Assembly: GCA_963707935.1 (NCBI GenBank)
Contig: CAVPRN010000001.1
Span: forward strand, 589,030-653,029
From: an uncultured Acidobacteriota bacterium
GTDB lineage: Bacteria; Acidobacteriota; Thermoanaerobaculia; UBA5066; Gp7-AA6
Direction: 5' to 3'
DNA length: 64,000 nt
The notes under the pieces were generated by a model that was not told the origin of the DNA, searched no databases, and saw nothing but the letters and a program-made list of their open reading frames with translations. The translations under genes and the position numbers were made by a program. Below, piece by piece: positions 1 to 12,780 of the stretch; within the stretch, counting starts at the first letter, position 1; every line of letters starts with the position of its first letter.

Positions 1-468
1 GAGGCCGCGCGCGCGGATCTCGTGCTCTACGTCTTCGAGGCGGAGGGGCTCGACGCGGAGGACCGGGCGGCGGCCGAGTCGCTCCGCGGGAAGCCCGTTC
101 TCCTCGTCGCCAACAAGATCGATCGCGGGCGGCCCCAGGGCCCGCTTCCCGACGGGGCGATTCCGGTCTGCGGGCTCTCTCCGGAGGCGGGCGCGCTCCT
201 GCGCGACCGGCTTTCGCGGGAGATCCTCTCGAGCCTCGACGCGGAGGGAAGCTCCGAGGTCCTCGCCTCGCTGCGGCAGCGGGACCTCGCCGATCGGGCG
301 AGGCGCGAGGCCGCGCGGGCGCTGGATTCCCTCGCCCGCGGGGAGTCGCCCGAATACGCCGCCTCCCGAGTCCACGACGCGATCGACGCGATGGCGGACC
401 TCTTCGGCGAGACGACGAGCGAGGACGTGCTGCGGCAGATCTTCGAGACGTTCTGCATCGGGAAGTAG
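1..468 (+). CDS. mnmE: tRNA modification GTPase MnmE, 3' end (5' part lies outside the window)
   Basis: Frame is open from base 1. The C-terminus ...LRQIFETFCIGK carries the conserved MnmE CIGK tail, and mnmG follows directly. Confidence 0.85.
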   Translation, partial: EAARADLVLYVFEAEGLDAEDRAAAESLRGKPVLLVANKIDRGRPQGPLPDGAIPVCGLSPEAGALLRDRLSREILSSLDAEGSSEVLASLRQRDLADRARREAARALDSLARGESPEYAASRVHDAIDAMADLFGETTSEDVLRQIFETFCIGK

Positions 469-487
469 ACCGGGCCGGGCGAAAGTC

Positions 488-575
488 GGGGTCAGGTCTA
501 TATTATATACTAGCCAGGGCCGCCTTGGGCCGAGGGAAGCTAGTGGTTGCTAGTATATAATATAGACCTGACCCC
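488..575. repeat. Perfect 27-bp inverted repeat with a 34-nt spacer, A/T-rich core
   Basis: Arms 488-514 (GGGGTCAGGTCTATATTATATACTAGC) and 549-575 (GCTAGTATATAATATAGACCTGACCCC) are exact reverse complements. It lies in the mnmE-mnmG intergenic gap. Confidence 0.9.
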
Positions 576-596
576 ACCCTTTGATACTTTCCCCCC

Positions 597-2460
597 GTGG
601 ACTTCGACGTCCTCGTCATCGGCGGCGGGCATGCGGGCATCGAGGCGGCGCACGCCGCGGCGCGCCTCGGCCGCCGCACGGCCCTGCTGACCGCGGCGAT
701 CCCGGCGATCGGCCGCATGTCGTGCAATCCCGCGATCGGCGGGCTCGCCAAGGGGCAGCTCGTGCGCGAGATCGACGCCCTGGGCGGGCTCATGGGGACG
801 CTCGCCGACGGCGCCGGCATCCAGTTCAAGATCCTGAACCGCTCCCGCGGGCCGGCCGTGTGGGGGCCCCGCGCCCAATGCGATCGGGCGCTCTACGCGA
901 AGCTCGCTCGCGAAGCCCTCGAGAAAACACCCGGCCTGACCCTCGTCGAAGGAATGGCCGAGGAGCTCCTCGAGGAGGACGGGCGGATCGCCGGCGCCAC
1001 GACGGCCGGCGGCGAGAGGATCGGTGCGCGCGCCGTGGTCGTCACCGCGGGGACGTTCCTGCGCGGTCTCATGCACACGGGCGAGCGCCAGACCGCGGGG
1101 GGGCGCGTCGGGGAAGCCGCCGCGGTCGGACTCTCCGCTGCGCTCGCGCGCCTCGGTCTGCGCCTCGGCCGCTTCAAGACGGGGACGCCTCCGCGGGTCC
1201 ACCGCGACTCGGTGGAATACGCCGCCTGCCAGCCGCAGCGGGGGGACGAGCCCCCCGTTCCCTTCTCGTTCCGCACCGAACGCCTCTCCGAGTCGCAGGC
1301 GTTCTGCTGGCTGACTTCCACCAACGAGCGCGTGCACGCGCTCATCCGCGAGAACCTCGCACCGGAGCCCGATGTACTCGGGGCGAATCCAGGGGATCGG
1401 CCCGCGCTACTGCCCGTCGGTCGAGGACAAGGTGGTCAAGTTCGCCGACAAGCCGAAGCACACGCTCTTTCTCGAGCCGGAGGGATGGGACGCCCCGGAG
1501 ATCTACATCAACGGCCTCTCGACGTCGCTTCCCGAGGAGATCCAGCGCCGCATCCTGGCCGAGATCCCCGGCCTCGAGCGCGCGGCCATGATCCGCCCGG
1601 GCTACGCGGTCGAATACGACTACAGCTTCCCGGACCAGCTCGCTTCGACGCTCGAGGCGCGCGGAATTCCGGGCCTCTTCCTCGCGGGACAGATCAACGG
1701 GACATCGGGCTACGAGGAAGCGGCCGCGCAGGGCCTCTGGGCCGGCATCAACGCCGCCCTGGACGTGGCGGGAGAGGCGCCGTTCCTGCTCGAGCGCTCG
1801 GAGGCGTACGCGGCGGTGATGGTGGACGACCTCATCCGGACCGGCCTCGAAGAGCCGTATCGCCTCTTTACCTCCCGGGCCGAATACCGCCTGCTTCTCG
1901 GCGTGGACTCGGTCCTGCCGAGGCTCCTCCCGCATGGAAGGCGCCTGGGCTTGATCGGCGAAGCCGAGTACGAGCGGGCCATGCGGAGCGAAAGGCGTCT
2001 GGCCGCCGCCATGCATCGACTCTCGAGTGAGACAATTATTCCCACTGCCGTGAAACGCGCGGAGATGCTCGAAGCTCTCGGAATCGCCGTCGACGCGCCG
2101 ACAACCGCATATAATCTTCTGAAAAGGAACGACTTGTCGGTCGAAGGTCTGGCCGCATGGGCCCCGGCGGCCTTCGAGGGACTGAGCCGCGAGGAGCTGT
2201 CGGTCCTCGAAACGCGGGTGCGCTACGAGGGATACATCCGGCGCGAGAACGATCGGGTCGAGCGATTGAAGCCGCTCGAGTCGCGGGCGATCCCGCCGGA
2301 CTTCCGCTACGAAGAGATCCCCGGCCTCTCGCGGGAGGTGGTCGAGAAGTGCCGCAAGCGCCTGCCGCGCACCGTGGGCGAAGCCTCTCGGATCCCGGGC
2401 GTGACGCCGGCGGCGGTGGCGGTAATCTCCGCGTGTGTTGCGAGGAGCGCGCGAGCCTGA
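597..2460 (+). CDS. mnmG: tRNA uridine 5-carboxymethylaminomethyl modification enzyme MnmG (GidA), with one apparent +1 frameshift near 1359
   Basis: N-terminal FAD motif [18 protein letters not shown]. The frame starting at 597 reads ...IRENL and the frame containing 1372 continues [24 protein letters not shown]. Removing one base around 1356-1360 restores the canonical [11 protein letters not shown] junction. Confidence 0.85.
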
Positions 2461-3097
2461 GGATTTCGAGCGGCTGCTCGAGAGCGGCCTTCCCCGTTTC
2501 GGTCTCGACCTTCCGGCCAGATCCCTTTCGGCGCTCGCCCGCTACCTCGACGAGCTCGATCGCTGGCGCCAGAGGATCAATCTCACCGGGAATCTGTCGC
2601 GCGTCGAGGTCGCGGAGCACGCCCTCGAGTCCGCCTTCGGCGCCGACTTAATTCCTCATGGCGCTCGAGTTATTGACATCGGGTCGGGCGCCGGCTTCCC
2701 TGGGCTGCCCCTCGCCATCGCGAAGCCCGAGCTGTCAATAACGCTCACTGAGCCTCGGGGAAAACGAGCTGCCTTCTTGAAGCACGTTTGCCGCTCTCTC
2801 AATCTTGCAAACACCGAGGTTCTCGAGGCGCGACTGCCGTATGTCGACGGAGGCAAATGGGATGTCGCGACGTCGAGGGCGGCGGGAGACTTGTCTGAGA
2901 TTCTTGGTGGGGCCACTTTTCTCTCACCCAGGGGAGTTCTCGTCGTCTGGACGACGTCGAGGAAGGCCCGAGCGGATCCGCCCCGAGAGTTTCGACTCTC
3001 GAGAAGTCTTCGGATTCCCGAGTCCCGTGACAAAGTCATCGCCGTCTACGAGAAGGAAGCCGCCGACGGATCCCCGAACGGGCCACGACCGACCTAA
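2435..3097 (+). CDS. rsmG: 16S rRNA (guanine527-N7)-methyltransferase RsmG (GidB)
   Basis: SAM-binding motif [17 protein letters not shown], typical size, and position after mnmG. Start codon is uncertain (GTG 2435 or TTG 2438, overlapping the mnmG end). Confidence 0.85.
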   Translation: MLRGAREPEDFERLLESGLPRFGLDLPARSLSALARYLDELDRWRQRINLTGNLSRVEVAEHALESAFGADLIPHGARVIDIGSGAGFPGLPLAIAKPELSITLTEPRGKRAAFLKHVCRSLNLANTEVLEARLPYVDGGKWDVATSRAAGDLSEILGGATFLSPRGVLVVWTTSRKARADPPREFRLSRSLRIPESRDKVIAVYEKEAADGSPNGPRPT

Positions 3098-3612
3098 CGA
3101 CCCGGCAGCAAGGGTCCCGGGTCGCCGAACCACTCCGCATTTCGGGGAGAGGCCTCGGACAGCTTGTGCGCGAGCGAATCGAGCGTGTCACCGCGCTGTC
3201 GAGGGGGTAGCTTCTTGACGGCGACCATCTCCTTCCAGATTGCATAGGAACGCGTCTTTAGCCCCCGCAGAGGGTAGATGTCGAAGTGAGAGACGATTCG
3301 ATCGAGCTCGACCGTCTTGCATACGCGGTAATACGCGGCGGCCTTTGTAAACCCACTCCGGGGGATCGGAGCTCTCGGCTTCACGCGATAGATCCTGCCT
3401 GCGCCGCCGAAGAAGATCCGGATAGCGTCCAGCAGGGCGGCATCCGCCCCGGTTAGCTTGATCGCAAAATAAAGTGCCATCTGGCGTCCGGACCGGCTGT
3501 AAGTGAAGCAGCCTTCCCCCTCGACGAAGCCGGTTATGTACCAGGGGTCCAAAGCGGGAGGGTGCTGGGACACGTGCAATGATACCTCGATTTCATGTTT
3601 CGGATGAAACAT
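3094..3612 (-). CDS. Free-standing single-motif LAGLIDADG-family homing endonuclease
   Basis: From Met at 3612: MFHPKHE...DPWYITGFVEGEGCFTYSRSG..LYFAIKL..DAALLDAIRIFFGGAGRIY...IVSHFDIYPLRGLKTRSY. This shows the LAGLIDADG core (ITGFVEGEGCF) and downstream family blocks. About 172 aa, I-CreI-like size. Visibly lower G+C than its neighbours. Confidence 0.8.
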   Translation of the reverse strand: MFHPKHEIEVSLHVSQHPPALDPWYITGFVEGEGCFTYSRSGRQMALYFAIKLTGADAALLDAIRIFFGGAGRIYRVKPRAPIPRSGFTKAAAYYRVCKTVELDRIVSHFDIYPLRGLKTRSYAIWKEMVAVKKLPPRQRGDTLDSLAHKLSEASPRNAEWFGDPGPLLPGR

Positions 3613-3652
3613 CGTTTCGCAAACGCGAGAAGCGCTGTTAGGCTCTCGAAAC

Positions 3653-4429
3653 GTGATTCCCTCGGAGAATCGTACGGTAGCGGTTGCTAACCAGAAGGGC
3701 GGCGTCGGGAAGACCACAACCGCCATCAACCTGGCGGCGTCCCTCGCGGCCCTCGACCGCCGGGTTCTGCTGGCAGATCTCGACCCTCAGGCCAATGCCA
3801 CCTCGGGCCTCGGATTCCCGCGCTCCCAAGGCGTCTCCGGTACATACGAGGCTCTCCTGGGGGGTGGTGCCTCAAAGTGGATCCGGCCGACCCAATTCCC
3901 GAATCTTTCGATACTGCCATCGGGGCGAGATCTCGTAGGTGCTGAGATCGAGCTCGTCGAACGTGAGGATCGCGAGCATTGCCTGAGGGCGGCGCTTTCG
4001 CCAGTCGCCGAGCGGTTCGACTTCATCCTGATCGACTGCCCTCCCTCCCTATCCCTCCTGACGGTCAACGCGCTCTCGGCGGCCGACTCCGTGCTCGTCC
4101 CCATGCAGACCGAGTACTTCGCGCTCGAGGGGGTGAGCGAGCTCCTGAACACAGTCGAGCGGGTCCGCAACGCCTTCAATCCGGCCGTGCGGCTGGAAGG
4201 GATCGTCTTGACGATGTTCGACGAGCGGACTAACCTCGCCAGGCAGGTCATCGACGACATCCGAAAGCACCTCGGAGGAAGCGTTTTCGACACCGTGATA
4301 CCGAGAAACGTCCGTCTGGCTGAGGCCCCGTCTTTCGGAAAGCCGGCCCTCGCGTACGACGTGAAGTCGAAAGGGGCGGAGGCCTATCTGGCGCTTGCCC
4401 GCGAGCTTCTGAGGAGGCGGGGAGCTTGA
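3653..4429 (+). CDS. parA: Chromosome partitioning ATPase ParA/Soj
   Basis: Deviant Walker A motif VANQKGGVGKTTTAINLA and ParA-family blocks throughout. GTG start. Confidence 0.9.
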   Translation: MIPSENRTVAVANQKGGVGKTTTAINLAASLAALDRRVLLADLDPQANATSGLGFPRSQGVSGTYEALLGGGASKWIRPTQFPNLSILPSGRDLVGAEIELVEREDREHCLRAALSPVAERFDFILIDCPPSLSLLTVNALSAADSVLVPMQTEYFALEGVSELLNTVERVRNAFNPAVRLEGIVLTMFDERTNLARQVIDDIRKHLGGSVFDTVIPRNVRLAEAPSFGKPALAYDVKSKGAEAYLALARELLRRRGA

Positions 4430-5283
4430 CGGCCCGCAAGCAGGTCCTGGGTCGAGGTCTCTCAGCTCTCCTTCCGGGAGGGGAGGACGTTCCACGGGGA
4501 ACGCCTCTTCTGGAGGTCGAGATCGACAGGCTGGTGACGGGGCGGTTCCAGCCCCGGCGGGGCTTCGAGGAGGGGAGCCTGGCGGAGCTCGCGGCTTCGA
4601 TCCGGGAGCACGGGGTCGTGCAGCCTCTCGTCGTCGTCGTCAGCGGAGACCGCTACGAGATCGTCGCCGGAGAGCGCCGGTTCCGCGCCGCGCGCCTGGC
4701 GGGCCTCGAGCGGGTCCCCGTCGTCGTTCGGGAGAGGCCGTCGGACCGGGAACTCCTCGAGCTCGCCCTGGTCGAGAACCTCCAGAGAGAGGACCTGAAC
4801 GCAATGGAGGAGGCCGAGGCCTTCGGCCGTCTGCGTGAGGAGTTCTCTCTGACCCAGGAGCAGATCGCCGCGAGGGTCGGCAAGGACCGCGCAACCGTCG
4901 CTAACTCATTGAGATTATTGAAGTTATCGTCAAGCGTCAAGGATCTCATCCGGAGCGGAGCGCTCTCGGGGGGCCACGCCCGCGCAATTGCCTCCCTTCC
5001 CACCCCGGATGAGCAGCAGGGGCTCGCCGAGGAGGTCATCCGGCGCGGTCTCTCGGTCCGGCAGACGGAGAAGCGAGTCGCGCGCATCTCGGGGGGGCCG
5101 CGCGTCTTGCGCGAGAAGCGCCGCGACCCCTTCACGCGCGACGCCGAGGAGAAGCTGTCGCGCCACCTCCAGACCCGCGCGCGAATCGTGCGCCGCCGGC
5201 GCGGGGGAAGGATCGAGCTCGGGTTTTCCTCCGAGGAGGAGCTGATCGGACTCTACGAGCGGCTGACGCGGGAGGCACGATGA
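4426..5283 (+). CDS. parB: Chromosome partitioning protein ParB/Spo0J
   Basis: GRGLSALL N-terminal box, GERRFRAARLAG arginine patch, and an HTH region. The TTG start overlaps the parA stop. Confidence 0.9.
   Translation: MTARKQVLGRGLSALLPGGEDVPRGTPLLEVEIDRLVTGRFQPRRGFEEGSLAELAASIREHGVVQPLVVVVSGDRYEIVAGERRFRAARLAGLERVPVVVRERPSDRELLELALVENLQREDLNAMEEAEAFGRLREEFSLTQEQIAARVGKDRATVANSLRLLKLSSSVKDLIRSGALSGGHARAIASLPTPDEQQGLAEEVIRRGLSVRQTEKRVARISGGPRVLREKRRDPFTRDAEEKLSRHLQTRARIVRRRRGGRIELGFSSEEELIGLYERLTREAR
4488..4503. promoter_or_regulatory. Candidate parS centromere site inside the parB 5' region
   Basis: CGTTCCACGGGGAACG is one substitution from the perfect palindrome CGTTCCACGTGGAACG. Its 14-nt core matches the parS core GTTNCACGTGNAAC at 13 of 14 positions. 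Confidence 0.4.
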
Positions 5284-5663
5284 AGTTGAAGACCGAGGGC
5301 ACGTCGTTGAACGGATTCCTCGACAAGGGGAGTCACTTCCAGGGGGAGCTCGAGTTCGAGGAGACCTTCCGCATCGACGGGAAGTTCGAGGGGAAGATCC
5401 GCTCGGGAAGCGAGCTCATCCTCGGCGACTCCGCCGAGGTCGACGGCGAGATCGAGGTCGGCCGTATCTCGGTCAACGGAATGCTCAAGGGCACCGTGCG
5501 GGCGACGGAGCGCATCGAGCTCCACGCGCGGGCGCGCGTCGAAGCGGACCTTTCGACGCCGGTTCTCAAGATCGAAGAGGGGGCGCGTTTCGACGGCTCG
5601 TGCCGGATGGGAGAATCCGCGAGATCGAACGTGATCGACCTCCCTTCGGCGCCGCGCAAGTGA
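5280..5663 (+). CDS. Bactofilin-family cytoskeletal protein
   Basis: Beta-helical bactofilin (DUF583) pattern: FQGELEFEETFRIDGKFEGKIRSGSELILGDSAEVDGEIEVGRISVNGMLKGTVRATERIELHARARVEADL. Its ATG overlaps the parB stop (ATGA). Confidence 0.85.
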   Translation: MKLKTEGTSLNGFLDKGSHFQGELEFEETFRIDGKFEGKIRSGSELILGDSAEVDGEIEVGRISVNGMLKGTVRATERIELHARARVEADLSTPVLKIEEGARFDGSCRMGESARSNVIDLPSAPRK

Positions 5664-5875
5664 TGTAAACGTCGCCGGCTCAGAGACTTCCGGGCCACGT
5701 GCGGGCTCGCCGGCGGCGTCTCTTCGGAGCGCACTCCCTTTTCTCGAACCCGCCGGCCGATTCGCGCTCGACTCTCGACTCCCCCTGTGCTATTTCTCCG
5801 CGCTCTCGGGCAGAGCAGACAACACGCAAGTCGCTCGCGGTGTCTGGGCACGCCGCATGAGGTCCACAGGACTCG

Positions 5876-6310
5876 ATGATCAAGCTCCCGGACGTCACGA
5901 CTCTCTATGTGATTCTCTGTTTCGGGATCGCTTACGTGATCCTGAAGCGCTACCTCTTCCTCCCCCTGGGCGCCATCCTGGACGCGCGCGATCGCGACGA
6001 GAAGGAAGCGGAGTCCCTCCACGCCGAGAGCCTCGCCCGCCTCCAGAAAGCGATGGCCGACGCCGAGCGGAGCCTCGCGGACGCCCGGCGCGAGGCGCTC
6101 AAGATGCGCGAGGAGCTGCGCGGAAAGGGCCGAAGCGTTCTCGAGAAGCGCCTGGCGGAAGCGAGCGCCGAGGCCGCGGCGGCGATCGAGAGCGCCAGCC
6201 GCGAGATCCAGGAGAAGGCCCGCGAGCTCTCCGGGCAGCTGCCCGACCGCTCCCGCAGCCTGGCGCGCACACTGGCCGAGAAGATCCTCGGGCGGACGCT
6301 CGCCGCGTGA
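5876..6310 (+). CDS. F-type ATP synthase Fo subunit b' (second b-type subunit)
   Basis: One N-terminal TM helix followed by a long charged coiled coil. First gene of the atp cluster. Confidence 0.7.
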   Translation: MIKLPDVTTLYVILCFGIAYVILKRYLFLPLGAILDARDRDEKEAESLHAESLARLQKAMADAERSLADARREALKMREELRGKGRSVLEKRLAEASAEAAAAIESASREIQEKARELSGQLPDRSRSLARTLAEKILGRTLAA

Positions 6311-6900
6311 AGGTTCCGGGGTCCCGCACGGCGCGTCGCCTCTCGGCCGCGGCCCTGCTCGCGCTGCCGGCCCCGCTCCTGCTCGCGGCCGAGGAAGGCG
6401 CCGAGCACGCCGGCAAGGTGCTGGGGCTGCCGGCCTGGATCTGGCAGCTCGTCAACCTCGTTCTTTTTCTCGGGGTGCTCGTCTATTTCGTCGCGCGGCC
6501 GCTGGCGGAGGCGTTCCGCAAGCGCCAGCTCGAAGTGGAGGAGCGTCTCAGGGCGGCTCGCGAGCGCCGGGCCGAGGCGACGCGTTTCGAGCAGGACATC
6601 CACCGGCGCATGGTCGAGCTCGAGCGCGAAGTCGCCGAGATTCGCAAGCAGGGGCAGGCGGAGGGCGAGAGCGCCCGGGCGGCGCTCGAGCAGCGCGCCA
6701 GGGAGGAGGCCGATCGGGTCCGCGAGGCCTCGACGGAAGAGATCGCCCGGCGCCTTTCCGCCGCCAAGGCGGAGCTGCGCGAGGCGGCCGCCGGCCTGAC
6801 CGCTTCCACGGCCGCCCAGATCCTGTCCCGCGAGATCACCGACGAAGACCGCCGCCGGCTTCTGACCGACAGCGTCTCGCGGTTGAAGGAAATGCGGTGA
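6307..6900 (+). CDS. atpF: F-type ATP synthase Fo subunit b
   Basis: The GTG at 6307 overlaps the previous stop (GTGA). TM helix WIWQLVNLVLFLGVLVYFV, then a coiled coil rich in E/R/A. Confidence 0.75.
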   Translation: MKVPGSRTARRLSAAALLALPAPLLLAAEEGAEHAGKVLGLPAWIWQLVNLVLFLGVLVYFVARPLAEAFRKRQLEVEERLRAARERRAEATRFEQDIHRRMVELEREVAEIRKQGQAEGESARAALEQRAREEADRVREASTEEIARRLSAAKAELREAAAGLTASTAAQILSREITDEDRRRLLTDSVSRLKEMR

Positions 6901-7445
6901 GCAACGCCTTCACCCATCCGTACGCGCGGGCGTTTCTCGAGTGCGCCCCGGCCGGCTACGACCTCGCCGCCTTCTTCCGCGCCGCGGAAGCGCTCGTCGC
7001 GGCCGTCGAATCCAACGCGACACTCCGCGCGTTTCTGCGCACGCCGGCGGTGCCCCGCGAGGTTAAGAGCCGGGCGATCGCGGAGCTCTCGCGCAAGGCG
7101 GGGCTGGACGACTACGGCGCGCGCTTCCTGCAGGTCATGTTGAAGAACCACCGGCTGCTCGAGGCCGGACAGGTCTTGAAGACGCTCCGGGAGCTGAACG
7201 ACTCGCGGCAGGGCATCCTGCGAGTGCGCGTCACCGTGCCGGCGCCGATCAGCGAGGAGGAGAAGAAGGCGATCGAAGAGGCGATCGCCTTGCGCACCGG
7301 CAAGACGGTACGAACCAACGTGGACATCGACCCGAAGCTTCTGGGCGGCTTCGTGGCGCGAGCCGGATCCAGCCTCTTCGACGGATCGGTCACGGCCGCG
7401 CTCCGGCGGTTTCAGGAGCAGTTGAAGGAGAAAGTGGGAGCCTGA
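6897..7445 (+). CDS. atpH: F-type ATP synthase subunit delta (OSCP)
   Basis: Position between b and alpha. OSCP-like C-terminus ...[22 protein letters not shown]. Confidence 0.8.
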   Translation: MSNAFTHPYARAFLECAPAGYDLAAFFRAAEALVAAVESNATLRAFLRTPAVPREVKSRAIAELSRKAGLDDYGARFLQVMLKNHRLLEAGQVLKTLRELNDSRQGILRVRVTVPAPISEEEKKAIEEAIALRTGKTVRTNVDIDPKLLGGFVARAGSSLFDGSVTAALRRFQEQLKEKVGA

Positions 7446-7446
7446 G

Positions 7447-9054
<1,608 letters not shown>

Positions 9055-9065
9055 CGCCCATCGGA

Positions 9066-11482
<2,417 letters not shown>

Positions 11483-11488
11483 AGCGCG

Positions 11489-11890
11489 ATGGCGGGAGTT
11501 CTGAAGCTCCAGGTCGTCACCCCGGAGCGTAAGGTCGTCGAGGAAGAAGCGGACGGGGTCGAGCTCCCCGGCGCCGAGGGCTATCTCGGAATCCTGCCGG
11601 GGCACACACCACTGCTCGCGCTCCTCAAGGCGGGCGTCCTCTCTTTCCGGCGCGGCGGGACGAGCCGCGCTCTGGCGATCTCCGCGGGGATCGCCGAGAT
11701 CGCCGAGGACCGGGTCTCGGTGCTCGCGGACTCGGCCGAGACGGCCTCCGAGATCGACGCCGCCGCGGCCGAGGGGGAGCGCGCCGCGGCCGAGCAGGAG
11801 CTCTCGAAGGCGAGTCTCGAGACGCTCCCCGAGATCACGGCGCGCTTCGATCTCGCCAAGGCGAGACTCGCCGTCGCACGATCGAGGTAA
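11489..11890 (+). CDS. atpC: F-type ATP synthase subunit epsilon
   Basis: N-terminus LKLQVVTPERKVVEEEADGVELPGAEGYLGILPGHTPLL is typical of epsilon. Confidence 0.9.
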   Translation: MAGVLKLQVVTPERKVVEEEADGVELPGAEGYLGILPGHTPLLALLKAGVLSFRRGGTSRALAISAGIAEIAEDRVSVLADSAETASEIDAAAAEGERAAAEQELSKASLETLPEITARFDLAKARLAVARSR

Positions 11891-11892
11891 TC

Positions 11893-11955
11893 GACCAAGG
11901 ACCAGGGACCAGGGACTAGGGACAGTCCTTGGTCCTTTGTCCGTAGTCCCTCGTC
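11893..11955 (+). terminator. Long imperfect hairpin built from GGGACYN heptad repeats; probable atp operon terminator
   Basis: Left arm GACCAAGGACCAGGGACCAGGGACTAGGGAC (11893-11923) pairs, with G-U wobbles, to GTCCTTGGTCCTTTGTCCGTAGTCCCTCGTC (11925-11955). It starts 3 nt after the atpC stop. Confidence 0.55.
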
Positions 11956-11976
11956 GGGCGAGAGTACGATCCTCCG

Positions 11977-12780
11977 ATGTCGGCCGAGAAACCCAAGGGC
12001 ACCGGGTCGGAGGCGTCCGAGCGCTTCTTCCTCGAAGGGCCGCGCTCCCGCAAGAGCGAGCTCTTCTCGGTCGTCCAGATCGCGCTCGAGTTCATCAAAG
12101 GTTTCCGCACGCTCCACTTCGTCGGGCCCTGCGTAACCGTGTTCGGCTCCGCGCGCTTCCCGCAGGACCACCCCTACTGCGCCCTGGCCCGCCAAGTCGG
12201 ATCGAGCCTCGCGCGGTTGGGCTTGACGGTGATGACGGGAGGCGGCCCGGGGATCATGGAGGCCGCCAACCGCGGCGCCAAAGAGGCGGGCGGCCGATCC
12301 GTCGGCTGCAACATCCTGCTGCCCGTGGAGCAGAAGTTGAACCCCTACCTCGACGTCTGCGTCACCTTCGAGCACTTCTTCGTCCGCAAGGTGATGCTCG
12401 TGAAGTACTCGTACGCGTTCGTCGTCATGCCGGGGGGGCTCGGCACGATGGACGAGCTCTTCGAGTCCGCGACACTCATCCAGACCGGCAAGATCGAGGA
12501 GTTCCCCGTCGTCGTCTTCGGCCGGGAGTACTGGAAACCGCTCTTCGATCTCCTGCAGGATATGGTCCGCGTCGGGACGATCGCTCCCGGAGATCTCGAC
12601 CTCCTCCTCATGACCGATTCGGTGGACGAAGCGATGGCGCACATCCAGAAGCACGCGATCGAGCGATTCGGCCTCGTGAGGCGAAGCCTCCCGCGGCGGT
12701 CGCGGATCCTGGGGGAGCGGCTCGCGTCGCTCCGCCGGAAGGATCAGGCCGGCGGGGGCGAGGCTCCCGGGATCCGGTAG
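11977..12780 (+). CDS. LOG-family (TIGR00730) nucleotide phosphoribohydrolase-like protein
   Basis: Motifs VFGSARF, VMTGGGPGIMEAANRGA and PGGLGTMDELFE are typical of the LOG/lysine-decarboxylase-like family. Confidence 0.8.
   Translation: MSAEKPKGTGSEASERFFLEGPRSRKSELFSVVQIALEFIKGFRTLHFVGPCVTVFGSARFPQDHPYCALARQVGSSLARLGLTVMTGGGPGIMEAANRGAKEAGGRSVGCNILLPVEQKLNPYLDVCVTFEHFFVRKVMLVKYSYAFVVMPGGLGTMDELFESATLIQTGKIEEFPVVVFGREYWKPLFDLLQDMVRVGTIAPGDLDLLLMTDSVDEAMAHIQKHAIERFGLVRRSLPRRSRILGERLASLRRKDQAGGGEAPGIR

Noticed and set aside
488-575. The 27-bp inverted repeat might be a MITE or a Xer/dif-type recombination site.
   Set aside because: No target-site duplication flanks it, and no second copy is visible in the window. 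Similarity to dif is limited to a generic TATATTAT core. It is kept as an unexplained repeat rather than called a mobile element.
1353-1365. The frameshifts in mnmG, atpG, formamidase, dehydrogenase and aminotransferase could be programmed ribosomal frameshifting or transcriptional slippage.
   Set aside because: There are no slippery heptamers or A/T homopolymer slippage tracts at the junctions. The sites are short G/C runs or unremarkable sequence, and these gene families are not known to use recoding. Single-base consensus error or mutation is the simpler explanation.
2046-2060. CCGTGAAACG inside mnmG might be a second parS half-site.
   Set aside because: Only one half (GTGAAAC) is present, and the left half does not form the palindrome.
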